From Gracilinanus agilis (lineage: Eukaryota), in the NCBI RefSeq assembly GCF_016433145.1, contig NC_058131.1, positions 404,004,893 to 404,068,892 on the forward strand: a stretch of 64,000 nucleotides of DNA, written 5' to 3'. The number at the start of each line of letters is the position of its first letter. Position 1 is the stretch's first letter. The notes under the pieces are model-generated. The model searched no databases and had not been told where the DNA came from. It saw nothing but the letters and a program-made list of their open reading frames with translations. A program made the position numbers and the translations under genes. Positions 49,347 through 61,724 of the stretch are shown piece after piece.

Positions 49347-52300
49347 GGTTGTATGTTAGTTGTTTTTGTAACCTTATAAGAAGAAGCTTAAAATTAGTTG
49401 AGATTGCCAAGAAAACAAATATGAATTACTGAGATCACATAAGCCAACAAAGCACTTCAAAAATGATTTGTTAAGTTACAAGAAATATTAAGGAACTGCC
49501 AAAATTTATTAAAAATAATTCTGATGAGCAACAATATCAAAATCTGCATCAGTTTTGTTTTTTTTTAAAGGGAATCTCAACATAGACTGCTTTGAAATGG
49601 GAATACAGAGACCTGGGTTCTAGTCCATGTCTTGCCACTAACACCAAGCTTTGTGACTCTAAACAAGCCTATTTTCTACGCTTCAGTTTCAATAACTATA
49701 AAATAGGGGAACTGGACTACATGCTTTCTAAAATGCCCCACTAATTTTTTATTCATTTCCCCCTTTCTTTCTTTGGCTTTATAGAACTAGGTCCATCCTG
49801 GAAAAGCTAGTGATCAAATTAATTCCTACAAAGCTAATTTTATTTTTAGATTGATTTCTATTTTAGAAACCAAAGATACTTTTCCAATGGAAAAAAGAAC
49901 AAAAACACAAAACCCTGAATAACAATGAGTTCATGTCCAGTGTCAGTAAATTCAGATTATTCTAACAACAGTGTACTGATAAGTGCTATATACTTTCTGG
50001 AGAAAACTATGAGGCATCATTTAAGAATCTTTCCTCAATTATCAACTCCCCCCTTCTCCGAACATCCTCTGTCCTTGGAACTTCACATTCAAAGATTCTG
50101 GCACATAACCACCTTCCTTCAGGTGTTTACAATTTCTATTTAAGCTGGTATATATCATTACAATCAACTAATAGATTACTTTCAACTAACACATAGATTT
50201 ACAAATGGAAGAGTCCATAGAAACTATATATTCCATCCCCTTCGTTTTATAGAAAAAGGAACAGAGTATCAAAGAGGTTAAGTGTCACACAATTAAGTGT
50301 TAGAGGATGGGTATAATATAGGCAAGAAATCTTCTAAGTTTGAATTTTTATGTTTTAGAGTCTTAAGAAATGTTATAAAGATGTTTTAAAGGGAAATCTA
50401 CTAGTAACCTAAACAGTAATTTTAATGAATCGTGACAAAATGGGAAAATGATACTGTGAATATCTATTCAGGCCTGCCTTTCCTGAGGCGACACTATCCT
50501 AAAATGTAAGATTTCCTACCAGAAATGTGGCTCCCCTTGGGGTAAAATTCATAGAAGTTGATCTGCCATGTGTGATACCTGGGCCTTGAAATTCAGTCTA
50601 CAGCTTTGTCTGTATCCCCAAGTATTAATATTCCCAAATAAACCTGAAAGCTATTCTTAATAAACAAATGTTTACCTTATGACTTCAATCTTTTGTTTTA
50701 TGTAGTTTTATTTTGGGAGCGAGGCACAGCAGGGGGCTAAAATGATGACTTATTTCCAATCAATATCCCCTAGGCTTTTTTCTGTGAGTTACTTCTCACA
50801 GCTTGGCCCTGAAGGTCTTTCCCCACCACCTGAGTGCCCCTTAATTCTAGTTAGTTTCAGCTGCGATGGGAGAGGGTGTTGAATAGTGATAGAACACTGG
50901 TAAAGAACTGTTGATACACTATGATGCAGTAAGTTCATTTGCCTCTTTCACTATGATAAAACCCAAACCATGTAGTAGAAATCTATTCAATTTTTCCTTC
51001 CAAGTTCAGGATTCTTTAGTCCACAACAGATGACAACTACAGAAAAAGAAATTTCAGTATCAGCTGGGGTGGGAAGCATGGCACTCTGAAAGCAGATAAG
51101 ACAAGGATTCAGAAAATTAATTTTTATGGTGGAAATACTTTCCTGTTGATATATTTATAATGAAAGTCCAAAGAAGCAAAGAAAATGTCAACTACTGTAT
51201 TTGTAGGCTGAGTTCAAATGTTTACTAAACTCCTCTAAACTAGAAAAGAAAATCGAAAGAGAATTGCCTATTTTAATTTTTGTCAAATATCCAATATGCT
51301 CAGTTACATTTTTACCTGACTCAAATATATTACTAATAACTATAGGGTCTATCTATCCTGCCTTACAATTGGACAGAACTAAATCTAAATGGAGTATTCA
51401 ATATCCTCTGCAACTAAGCTATATTCTAACAACTTTTAACAGCACCTAACTTTTTTCTACTCTTACTTAAATTTCAGAGAAAATGAATCCCACTTTTCCA
51501 AAAATTTCAATATTAAACTAAAGACCACTTATCTCTTTGCATAATGTGATACAAAATTCCTAAGTTTAGGGCATTAAAAAAAAAACTATCCAACTGCATC
51601 TGTACCAGTCAAAATTTAACTTGCCAGTAACTATATACATGGGCACGAGACATATGTACTGAAATACTTAATTTGGTTTCAAATATGCTTTAGCTAACTC
51701 ACTTGAGTAGAATACAGAACCAGATCTAACAAAAGCCCTGAATTAAAGCCTTTTTCAAAAGTGTTATGGGCAAAAGTTTGTGCCAACACAATGAGAAACC
51801 TGCCTAGGCAAGTTCTGGAGCCTAGAAAAACATCAGGGGACTCCTCTCCTTTCTTGATGGCAACTACTAAAGGATAGCTGAGCAAGGAAAGGATTAGAAA
51901 ATAGGTCTTAAGCTTCAAACAATGCAGTTAGACAGGAGCTAGGTCAGCTTTTTGCCCATTATCACCTCATCAAACCACCTCTGGCTTTGAAGGCCATAAA
52001 AGACAAGTAGCTGACCAGGATCACTTTTAGTCAAGTAGGGGCTGTTCAAGTAATTAATAACTGCAACAAGCAAGAAGTAATTGAGGATAATGATAATGAT
52101 GACGACAACTACTACATCTTAAATACAAGAGGAAAGAAAAAATTGCTGACTAGATTTTGGTCCCTAGTCAGAAGTGGGAGCCAGAGGGGTGAGTGTCCCC
52201 TACTCCCAGAATATGCTATACCCATCATTAAGGGGCTTAATGTATGGTGAGATTCAATATTTGTTTTATTCTTTCTTCCTACAACCAAATCCTTTACCCT

Positions 52301-55249
52301 CTTGGTGCCAAACATATCCCTCAAGGTTACTTCCTTTGGATTTCATCAGTTTTTAGCTTCATGTTCTCAGCTTTGTCAGAAAATTGATCATTACTATTAT
52401 TAGCTAATGATCTCCATTGCACTATACATACATACATTTGATCTTGACAACCATCCTGTTGTGGAAGGAAGGCAGTTGGAAATCACACATGAAGTAACTG
52501 GGGCTCAAAAATTTTCCTTTTATCTTCTACTCCAAAAGCAGGCATGACTAATCTAGACCTCCCAAACTAGATAATTAAAATTAGTAATGCTTATTAATTT
52601 ACAGAATGCTATTGTAGAGCTGGTGAAATTGCAGGAGACCAACTCCCCAAATTAAGTTCAGATTTGAATGGCCAGTACGAACTAACAAAAGCTTTTAGAA
52701 CTGGAGGGAAAATATGTGCTGGAAGTAACATATTCTAGCCAAAATAAAACAAGAGCTCCAAAATGGACTCTGACCAAGACATTAAGATCATAAACTGAAT
52801 AGGAAGGGTCCTAAGAGGCCATTTATTCTAGTCCTCTCATTTTCTAGTTGAGTAAATAGGGATGGTAGAGAGGTTAAGACTTGACCATGGTCATACAACT
52901 TCAGTAGGTATATGAGACAGGATATGAATGCAAGTTCAGTGTCCTATGAATTATACAATTTCTTCAGTTTCAATTAGGAAAACCCTTATTTGGTCCTTTG
53001 ATTTCTCACTATAATTTTAGTTTAATTCAAATATGGGTATGTGATGAATAACTGCAACTAAACAGAATTAAGGAGACACAAAGCTATTATCAAACACTTT
53101 ATAGTGGATCTGCATTATCATTTTATCCAGGGACTCCTGTTACATACTTCTTCCAGAACTTAATTCAACTATATTCCCAAGTTAGTATATCTTCCTAAAT
53201 AAAGTTTTTTTGGAGGGAAAGGTAATGGTTAGAGGGGGGGAAAAAGAAAAACACATTAAAGGTCACACTAGAATCTAGGGGCATTTGCAGATGATACATC
53301 TATGCTTAGTAGTAAAAACTCTCTTTTCAAACATTGATCTGTTGTCATCTTTTCATCAGGATAGATTATGTTACCCACTTTAAATTTGAAGGAAGGTTTT
53401 TAGAAGGAATCCCCAAGTTCTAAATAGTATGATTTTTAAAATCCTCAACTGTTACAGAATAAAATGAATGAAACTCATTTTTTTCCTTTGTTGATTTCAG
53501 GAAAAACTATAATTTTGACAGGATGACACTGACTCAAAAAAATAGTTAACCACTTTGCTAGTTCCTACAAAAAATAAAGCTTCCAAATGATCACTGCAAG
53601 AAGTTCTGAGTAATATTAAATAATTCATATTAATAACATGTTAAATTTTACCAAAGACAATTAGTCACAATGCAATCACCTAGTATAAAATTTATTGGCA
53701 TTAATGTGAAAAATATGCAAATTGTATATTTCTCTCTAGAAACCCTAGTAGTAGTACAGTAACATTTTATAAAGTATAATATCTTAGTTCTGTGTTTGTT
53801 TGAATGTGTTGTTTGAATAATGTCTCTTGGGTCCATTATCTTAGACCTTTATAACATGTTATTTTAATGAATGTAAAATTATGGGTCTACAAAGAAACCA
53901 CCATTCTATAGCAACAGATTTGTACCCTTAATCTCAGCAAGCAGCATAACATGTGGTTGGCTTGCGACTACAGGTAAGACTCAAAAGAACACATCATAGT
54001 AATGAAAGACTACATTATACAAATAAACCATAGCAGCAACCTAACTTTACTGAATGTAATGGTAACTGAGAAGATTATTTTTAATAATGAAGAGTTTGAA
54101 AGTTTAAATCAAAGCAAGTGTTTGTGTGTTAGAATGTAATTAGGAACTCCAAAGACTAGAAATAAGTGCACTCAATTTTCAAATTCTGGAATGTAAATTT
54201 AAAAGTTCACATGAAGATCTTATGTTGAGGACAAGAGATCCATTTTCCTTAATTCTCGAGTCTAGGAAAAACTCGAGTGGACACTTTCAGATCAGGAATC
54301 TGATTCTAAAAGATTAGAAAAGACTGTCTGTCTGCTTTTTAGGTAAAAAAACTGTTAACTATTACCCTTCTACTCAAACTTAGATTTTATTATCTTCTCA
54401 AAGTGTTCAGCTTTGCACAGACATTCTATGCCTGCTTTCAACTACTCCACACCCCTTCCCCTCAATGTTTTTTTCTTGTATATTATGCATCTCATCTTTC
54501 ATTTTTTATGCAAGTGCACAGGGCAAGATTATCATGAGAACATCTAGCACTGTGATGGAGCTTAATAAAAATCACCCTGTCATATTAACTTGAAACAGCC
54601 AGCTCTATCCATTTCAATATGTCTTCTCTTAGTGGTAATGTGCAGTCAAATTTAAATCACAAAATTTCAAGAGTGATAGGAGAAAGAGTTCCAAACAACC
54701 TCGAAGAAATTATACTCCACAAAGGTGGCAAGAATAGGCATAACAATAATTACAGTAAAAAAACAAAAACAAACCCACAAGATTTCCATATGTAGGGCTC
54801 AAAAATAAACTTAAAAGTTATTGACAAAGCCAACCTTCTTCCCAAGGTATTGTGTCTGCATCTCTCACAGAAAGGACTCAGGGATTTTGGTGAGCAGTCT
54901 TAAGTGATCTGTAAAGTCTCAGCTGAAGGCTATAAGCAAGCAGATCTGCTTTAAGGTCCTCCGGAAAAAGCCCAGACTGTTTGCTGCGGTTCACTGTGTT
55001 CCGCAAACCTAGCCCCAGGTGAGGGATAGAAACATATTTTGGCAACTTGGGAAAGGACGGGTACGTAGTAGCTATCTGTAGCACCTGCATACGTGCCCCA
55101 AGCATGTGCTACACAATCGTCTAAAGCTGGAGGAGTGGTGGGCGGGGCAACAATGGGCTCAGAGAGAACAGCAAAGCTTCCAAAGGACTAGCAGCAGCTC
55201 TCCCACTCTCCTCGCCTGGGTACTTTAAGAGGCTCCCATTAGGACACCC

Positions 55250-56250
55250 ACCCCTCTCGGATTTAGCAAAGACTACGCAGGCGCGGTAATGATTGGGTTA
55301 AGGGGGGGAATGTTGCGCGTGGTGACGCGCAGGCGCAGACAGGGAGAAACAATGAGCTTTGTTGCCCGGGCGGCGGTGGGGGGCGGAGGGAGTAGGGGAG
55401 AGAGGTGTGTGCGGGGAGGGGGAGCGGACGGAGGGAAAGGTTGGTATCCCGGCAGCCCCCGCGCGCCACCAGAGACCCGGATGGAGAGCCGCGAGAACCC
55501 AAATAATAAATCATGACAATAAAAAAAGTCACCGCCATTTCATGGGGGAGAAGACAGAACCCTCCGCCCCTTACACCCGCGAAGGCCAGGAGGGACTGAG
55601 GGTCCCTCAGCCCGCAAGGCCTTTCAGGCTCCCTCAGGCGTCATGGAGTCCCTCTCCGCTGCTGCGCCGCCCCCTCCTCCCGCCGTTCCGCCCGGAGGGG
55701 GCCCCCCTCACCCAGTGCACGGCAGCGGGGACGGCAGCCAGCGAGTCCTGTCGGCCTCAGCGGATCTCCACAGGCAGCGCCGCTCCCCCCGCTCTACGTG
55801 CGCTTCACCCGCCGCCTCCCTTCCCCAGTCCCAAACAAACACCCAGCCCGGAAGTGACCTCACTTCCGCCTCTGGCCCCGCCCCCATTCTCCTCCTCCCT
55901 CCCTCGGCTTCCATGGAGCCAAAGCGCGTGCCTACCCTTCTCTTAGCTCCTCCCTCTCTCCAGTCTCGGGCAGCTGGGTGGCTACAGATCGGCCTGCACC
56001 TGGCTCCTCCCCCACCCTGACCGCTGGGTGCGCTATTAGGGGAGTCTGAGGTTTTCTGGGTTCCGCCTAGGGTAAGGGAATAAGTATCTATGCCAAAAAA
56101 AACCCACGCCCATTCTACAGAAGCGAAGACTGAGGACCCGGGAAGAGAAGGGGGCTGGGCGGAGAGCAGACACCGGGCTGGGAACTCTAAACCAACCCTG
56201 TTTTTAGACGTAGCCTGGGGGGGGGGGGGTGAATTCTCGGACTCGAGATG
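55250..56250 (-). promoter_or_regulatory. CpG island / PAIP2 promoter with ETS sites (55848-55869), a GC box (about 55876-55885) and NRF1-like sites
   Basis: CpG-rich, with CCGGAAGTG, GGGGCGGGG on the minus strand and GCGCAGGCGCA; upstream of the PAIP2 coding exons. Confidence 0.8.
55712..55860 (-). other. PAIP2: Probable non-coding first exon of PAIP2 (5' end approximate)
   Basis: GC-rich minus-strand segment downstream of the GC-box/ETS promoter, ending in the donor CTGG|GTGAGG at 55712/55711. Confidence 0.6.
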
Positions 56251-57574
56251 ACTGACAGGTGCACTGGGGTCAGCATGGCAGTACTGATTCAGACCCACTA
56301 ACGCTCACCTCCCTTGCAGGCCTCCGAAGCGAACTTGAGCACAAAGGGAGACCGTGAAGAGTCCTTGAAAGGCTCCTAGGTAGTTTGATCAGAGGACTAA
56401 AAGGGCAGTCGGGATGCGCCTCGTAAAAGTCGGCCGGAACTGCCCATAGGGGCGGTGAATTCCTTTCTTAGCCCACAAAGCTGTGAGAGAGGGTCATTCT
56501 CCCTCCCCAAGAAGGAACTCCAATGTGGGTCGCAGCTTCCTGCCTCATCAGTTATCTCGGTGGCAACTAACATTCCTAGATAGGGTTCTTCTCGTCCTGA
56601 GTAGGGATAAAAAATATTTGAGCCCACTTTCTACAAATGTGTAATTTTGGTAAGTTCTTTGATATAACCCTTTTTGGAAAAGTGTGATGATTCCATTATG
56701 TAGGAAAAGGTTTGGCATCTCGAACCTGGAGCAAAGAACCCATCAAATTTCAAGGAAGAATGAGGTGAAGTCATCTTACTGGTTTGTAGAATGAGTCATC
56801 AGAGAATAGGTAAGGCGAATGGGTGACAACCTAACCTTAGAATTAGGAAAAGATCAGGTATAAAAACGCTGAGGGAAAACAGCTGGGACTGCATGCCTAT
56901 TGGAGGTTGAAAGCTGGACTGTTCTTAGTTTCAACTCAAGTGAAGTCTTGTCAGATAAAATTTGGGGGGAAAAAAAAACTTTGTCCATCACTGCTTAGAA
57001 GAGAAGCAGTCTGGATTTAGTGACTTGCCCAGGGTCACACAGCTAGGACGTGCCTTGAGGTCACATTTAAACCCAGATTCTCCGACTGCAGGCCTGGATC
57101 ACTAAACAATGGTGCTGCCTTAAGTCATTTGGCCAGTTACTCTCAAAAGCCCTATATTCGAGCCAAAGACTTAAGTACTTAAGTGTTCACCTCTGAGTTT
57201 ATAACCCTTGCCTGATCCATTGTAAGATTGGAGGAGTTTGGAATCCAGGTGGTTTGATTCACAATGATTGTGATTCATTAAGTGCTTCTGGGCTCGCTGT
57301 TTGCAAAACGGGACTACTTCTACTGCACAAAGATTGGATTTTTGTCTTCATATACCCATGCTTGATAAATGTTTGCTCAATTGTTATTTTCCTCCCGTGG
57401 TGATGGCAGAACTTGCATTTGGGGAGGGCTGATACTTAAGTGTAAACATGCACTTATACTTCTTTGGCTGTTTAGAACAATTTAGGTATTCTTATATCTA
57501 CATTGAAGTACCAAGCAGGATAAGAATCTATGGAATTGTAATGTACTAGGGCTCTTGAAGGCATGTATATGGTC

Positions 57575-57808
57575 TAGAGGTGCAGATGGATTGAGTGCCA
57601 GGCCTAGAGTCAGGAAAATGAGTGTTTCTGAGTTCAAATCCAGCCTGACACTTCCTAGCTGTGTGACCCTGAGCAAGTCCCTTAACCATTTCCCTCAGTT
57701 CCTCATATATAAACTGGAGATGAAATAGCAAATCACTCCAATATCTTTTTCTAAGAAAATTATAAAATGGGGTCACAGTCAAACACAGCTGAAATGATTG
57801 AACGAAAA
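57575..57808 (+). mobile_element. Mar1-like CORE-SINE
   Basis: CORE plus the RTE-like tail ctggagatgaaatagcaaatcactccaatatc. Confidence 0.7.
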
Positions 57809-60659
57809 ATGGGGGGGGAGGAGTCAGCCTGGATAGCATTTGGAGATGTCTTCAATTATTCTAATTGCTTATGACTGCCTAAGTCCATCCCTTTATCATT
57901 TTTTGCATGCTATGTCAGTAACTAGTGAAAATTAAAATTACAAACCCAAAGGATGTCACAATAGGGGCAAGCTCCATACATGGACACGTAACAGTTCAGC
58001 TGCCAGTATGTTACAGCAGTTTCCAAAGAATTTTTTTTAGGGGGAGGGGAAAGCTCGAGTTCTCCAATTTGCTTTAATCAAATAAACTTCTAAAACTAAG
58101 CCCAGTTCAAGCTCATTTCACTCCACCCCCCATCAAATGCATCCTCCCATAAGGGTCCAAGTCAGGCCAGTTATAAAAAGCTTCATATATGAACAGTTAA
58201 CTGTCCCTCTCCTCCCAAACCATCTGAATCTGTATAACTAAGGCCGAATACAGGTCCTTTAAACAGTAATTGCTCCTCTCTGTAGCCCAATTCAGCCCTA
58301 GCTAGGGGAAAAAAGGGGGCTTATCTATCCTCTCCCCCAAACCCTTACTTTCTAAGGACAGAAGGCAAGCTAGGCAAATGGAGCTAAGTGACTTGTCCAA
58401 GGTCACAAAGCTACAAGTCTGAAGGGCAGGTTTCAATCCAGGTCCTCTCAACTCTAGGCCTGATGCTTTTATGGACTGTTCCATCTAGCTGTCCTGAAAA
58501 AGGGGAATTTCCAGAGACAAGTCCAAAGCAAGTAGGAATTGCTAAATAGTGTCCCATGATCCAGTAACTAAAGTGGACGTGGCATTTTACAGATATCAGT
58601 GTTTTAGAGTTAAATGACAGAAAAATACTGGACTTTGGATTAAAAAAAAAAGGATCTACTAATGCACTAAGCCAAAAGGAAAACTATGGAAAGAAAATAA
58701 ATCCTTTTAACATGAAATATATTTGACTATTCCAGATACTGGACACTTGATTCAACTGTCCTCACAATTTATAAATGAGCAAACAATCTATATTCACTAA
58801 GCTTAACAATGTGTGGAAAATTTTAAACTAAATTGTTGAGATATTAAAAGTACTTCACATGATAGACACCTGAATATTTAGTTAAAAAAAAGCCTTTTAG
58901 TATAAATATATTTGACATTTAATCAAGAGTACATCTTAGTGCTTTCTTTACAAATAGCTTAAAGGATTACCCTTTCATAATACTTTCAACATATGGTATT
59001 CATCTCAACTCTTGATACTGAAATGGGAATTATGTTCAACATTTGTATGTATATAGGACATAGTCTGTCAGAGTTTCTGTACCACTCTTTTTAACCTAGG
59101 TGTTATGTGTACTATTAATATTTTCATTTGGATCATTTGGAATGTCTACTACCAGTTTTCATCTGCAAGCATTAAACTGAGTGAACTAATAATTTCAAAT
59201 GTGTTAATATAGGGCAGCTCCTTCATATTGAAATGATAAACATCAAATGATTACACAGTTCTTTGAACACTAACCTAAATAAAAAGCTAGTAATTTATGA
59301 AGAAAATGGTGAAGGCACTATTTGATCATCTTGTCCACCAAAGCAAAAGGGACCTCTGATTCTAGAAGGATCTGATAATGGCTCATTCCTAAAATGTGAG
59401 AAATCTGATGCATTAAACAAAGAACCTTGATCCTAAGTTTAGGTTCTTTGACAGTCTCATTCACTAATTTTACAAATGTATAAACAATAAATCCTAAACT
59501 TACCTTGTAGCTCAAAAATAGTTGCCACTTAAAATACTTGACCATTATAGTTTACAATTTTATATTCAAACCAGGATGAGTTAGAGGCCCATCTCAGTCT
59601 ATATTCAATCTTGCCCCTTTTGTTTCATATGTATGAGATCTCTTCTGTTTAGATTTTATTTTACCATATTTAGTGACCCTTCTTGCCTTCAGTAACCTCA
59701 CATTCTAAATTGGCTATAACCCAATTCTTCTGTAAAGGAAAATGTTTACTTGCCTCCTCCAAAAGAACTGAAACAAGACCATTTATATTTGTCTTCCTCT
59801 TAACAAAGCTAACTTCAGAAGATAGAGGGACAGAACCAGATGATACATCTGATTTTAGTCTAAGTATCTCGTATCTCTCTTCTTAGAGAATGTACGCAGT
59901 TGAAGAAATCAATAGATTCAGTAAATACAAGTAAATAGCAAATTTTCTGAAGTCAGGAACAGTTGATTATTGCATACTCTAGTGCCCTCTACTGTATGAA
60001 ATCAGAGAAAATATTATCATTTACCTTTCTTTTACTCTATCCACTACCAATACAAACTCAAAATTGCTACCAAAAGAACTAAAATAAAATCTTTCTTAAG
60101 ATTAAAAGTTCTTCTAGCCCTATATAGCATAATCCTGTGGGTCTATGGTAAACCCTGAAAACCTCTCATTTGAACTGAAATCTAAAGGTCAAGTGGCAAA
60201 ACAAAGGTGGGATTGTTTTATAAGCAAAAGTTTCTTCAATAACCCCAACACTGCTATCTCTATTAGGAACATTAATGGTTTATTGGCAAAATTTCCCCCA
60301 AATGACTCCTCTACGGTTTAACCATATAATAATGAACACTTATTTAGGGCTCATTATGTTTTAGCTAGTAAATAATGAAATTTATAACTCTACTACTGAA
60401 GCACGATCTATCCAAATACTAGCTTTTCATTATGTTCTTCATCATTAGATTTTTAGCTCAAAAAGTAATTTTAACATCAGAAAAACTCATAGACCCAGCT
60501 ATGTAACTGGGACTATCAATTCAACACCTAAGAAATGAAAATTTTAGTAATAGCCACACCCAGTTTTAAGAGTAGTAATTCAACTAAAAGCATGCAGGAG
60601 GAAAAGTCTATGAATAAGTCACAACTGACGTATACTGGTTAATATTCCAAACATGTATA

Positions 60660-61724
60660 ACCAATTATTGTTGCCTAGGTTTATTTATTGGTAATCACTT
60701 CAGTAACTTGAATCCACAGATATAAGCAGTATATAATCAGAAAATTACAAGTAAACACAGATTATACATGCAAATTTCTGTTCACAAAGGTCACAAGTGC
60801 AGGTACATTAGAAGCGTGCTTCTAGGATTATGACCAAACTGTTTTAAAATGCAGATATGTAAAATTACACTTAAAGAATATGAAGAGATGATTTACACAC
60901 TTCAAAAAAAATCAAATTTTGCTTATACCAGAGATGTATAACAGCTACAGGATTCAAGTAACAAGCAATAAGAGCTCAAGAAATTAATACTGGTCAAAGA
61001 GAACGGGATTTTTTTTGTTTTTGTTTTTTTGTTGTTTTTACATTTCACTGAAAATACATTGACTACATGAATAAAGAAAAAATCTATTAGGAACTTAGAA
61101 AAAAATTACAAAATTCAAAGCCAATTTACTCAATAGTTTTCTAGCATCTAAGTAACAGCAATGACATTAAAAGAAGCTGCACCTGCATTTTTAATTTGCC
61201 AACTTTACACTTAAGGACGTTTCCAGAAATGAAATACAACTAAATAGCTTCACACTCCAAATGAAAAATCTGCTAGGCTCAGATTAGAAAATGGAATGTT
61301 TCAGATAAAATTAACAAAAATACAATGAAAGTTTTTTGTTCTTTATTGAATGGAATCAAAATCTGTTGACAATTCTTTGAAGCTGGAAACTAATAAAATT
61401 TCATTTCTTTGAAGGTTACTTTTCTTCACACACATCCATTTTTTCCATAACGGTGCAAGAAGTTATCTTAATTGGCTTAAAAAGCCAATCTCTACAAAGC
61501 ACTTCTGTCTGTTGTCATTCTCATAAAACAAAAGTTATTCCGCATTAACTTAACTGTATATGCATTTTTACTGTAACATTTAACACATGAACAGACTATT
61601 TTTCACTAAAACAAAAGAGTACAATATTTCCTTCTACTAACTATCTGTACTGCATTTTAAAAAAGGTTAACGTTAAAAACAAAGAACCACTTTTCCTTGG
61701 AAACCCTTAAGCGTCTTGCACATC
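60660..61724 (-). other. MATR3: MATR3 3' UTR with poly(A) signals at 61347-61342 and 60689-60680
   Basis: AT-rich sequence follows the stop. AATAAA occurs on the minus strand at both sites (the distal one as AATAAATAAA). The sequence resembles the recalled human 3' UTR. Confidence 0.8.

Noticed and set aside
51941-52015. Inverted repeat GGTCAGCT...AGCTGACC in PAIP2 intron 1
   Set aside because: The stem is only about 8 bp, with no H/ACA boxes or miRNA-like extended pairing.
53934-53997. C/D-box-like arrangement on the minus strand (ATGATGT...CTGA, 64 nt)
   Set aside because: Imperfect C box, no terminal stem and no recognisable rRNA/snRNA guide. An Rfam or snoscan search would be needed to revive it.
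55643-56298. 125-aa plus-strand and 196-aa minus-strand ORFs over the PAIP2 promoter
   Set aside because: Typical CpG-island ORFs with low complexity and no recognisable homology.
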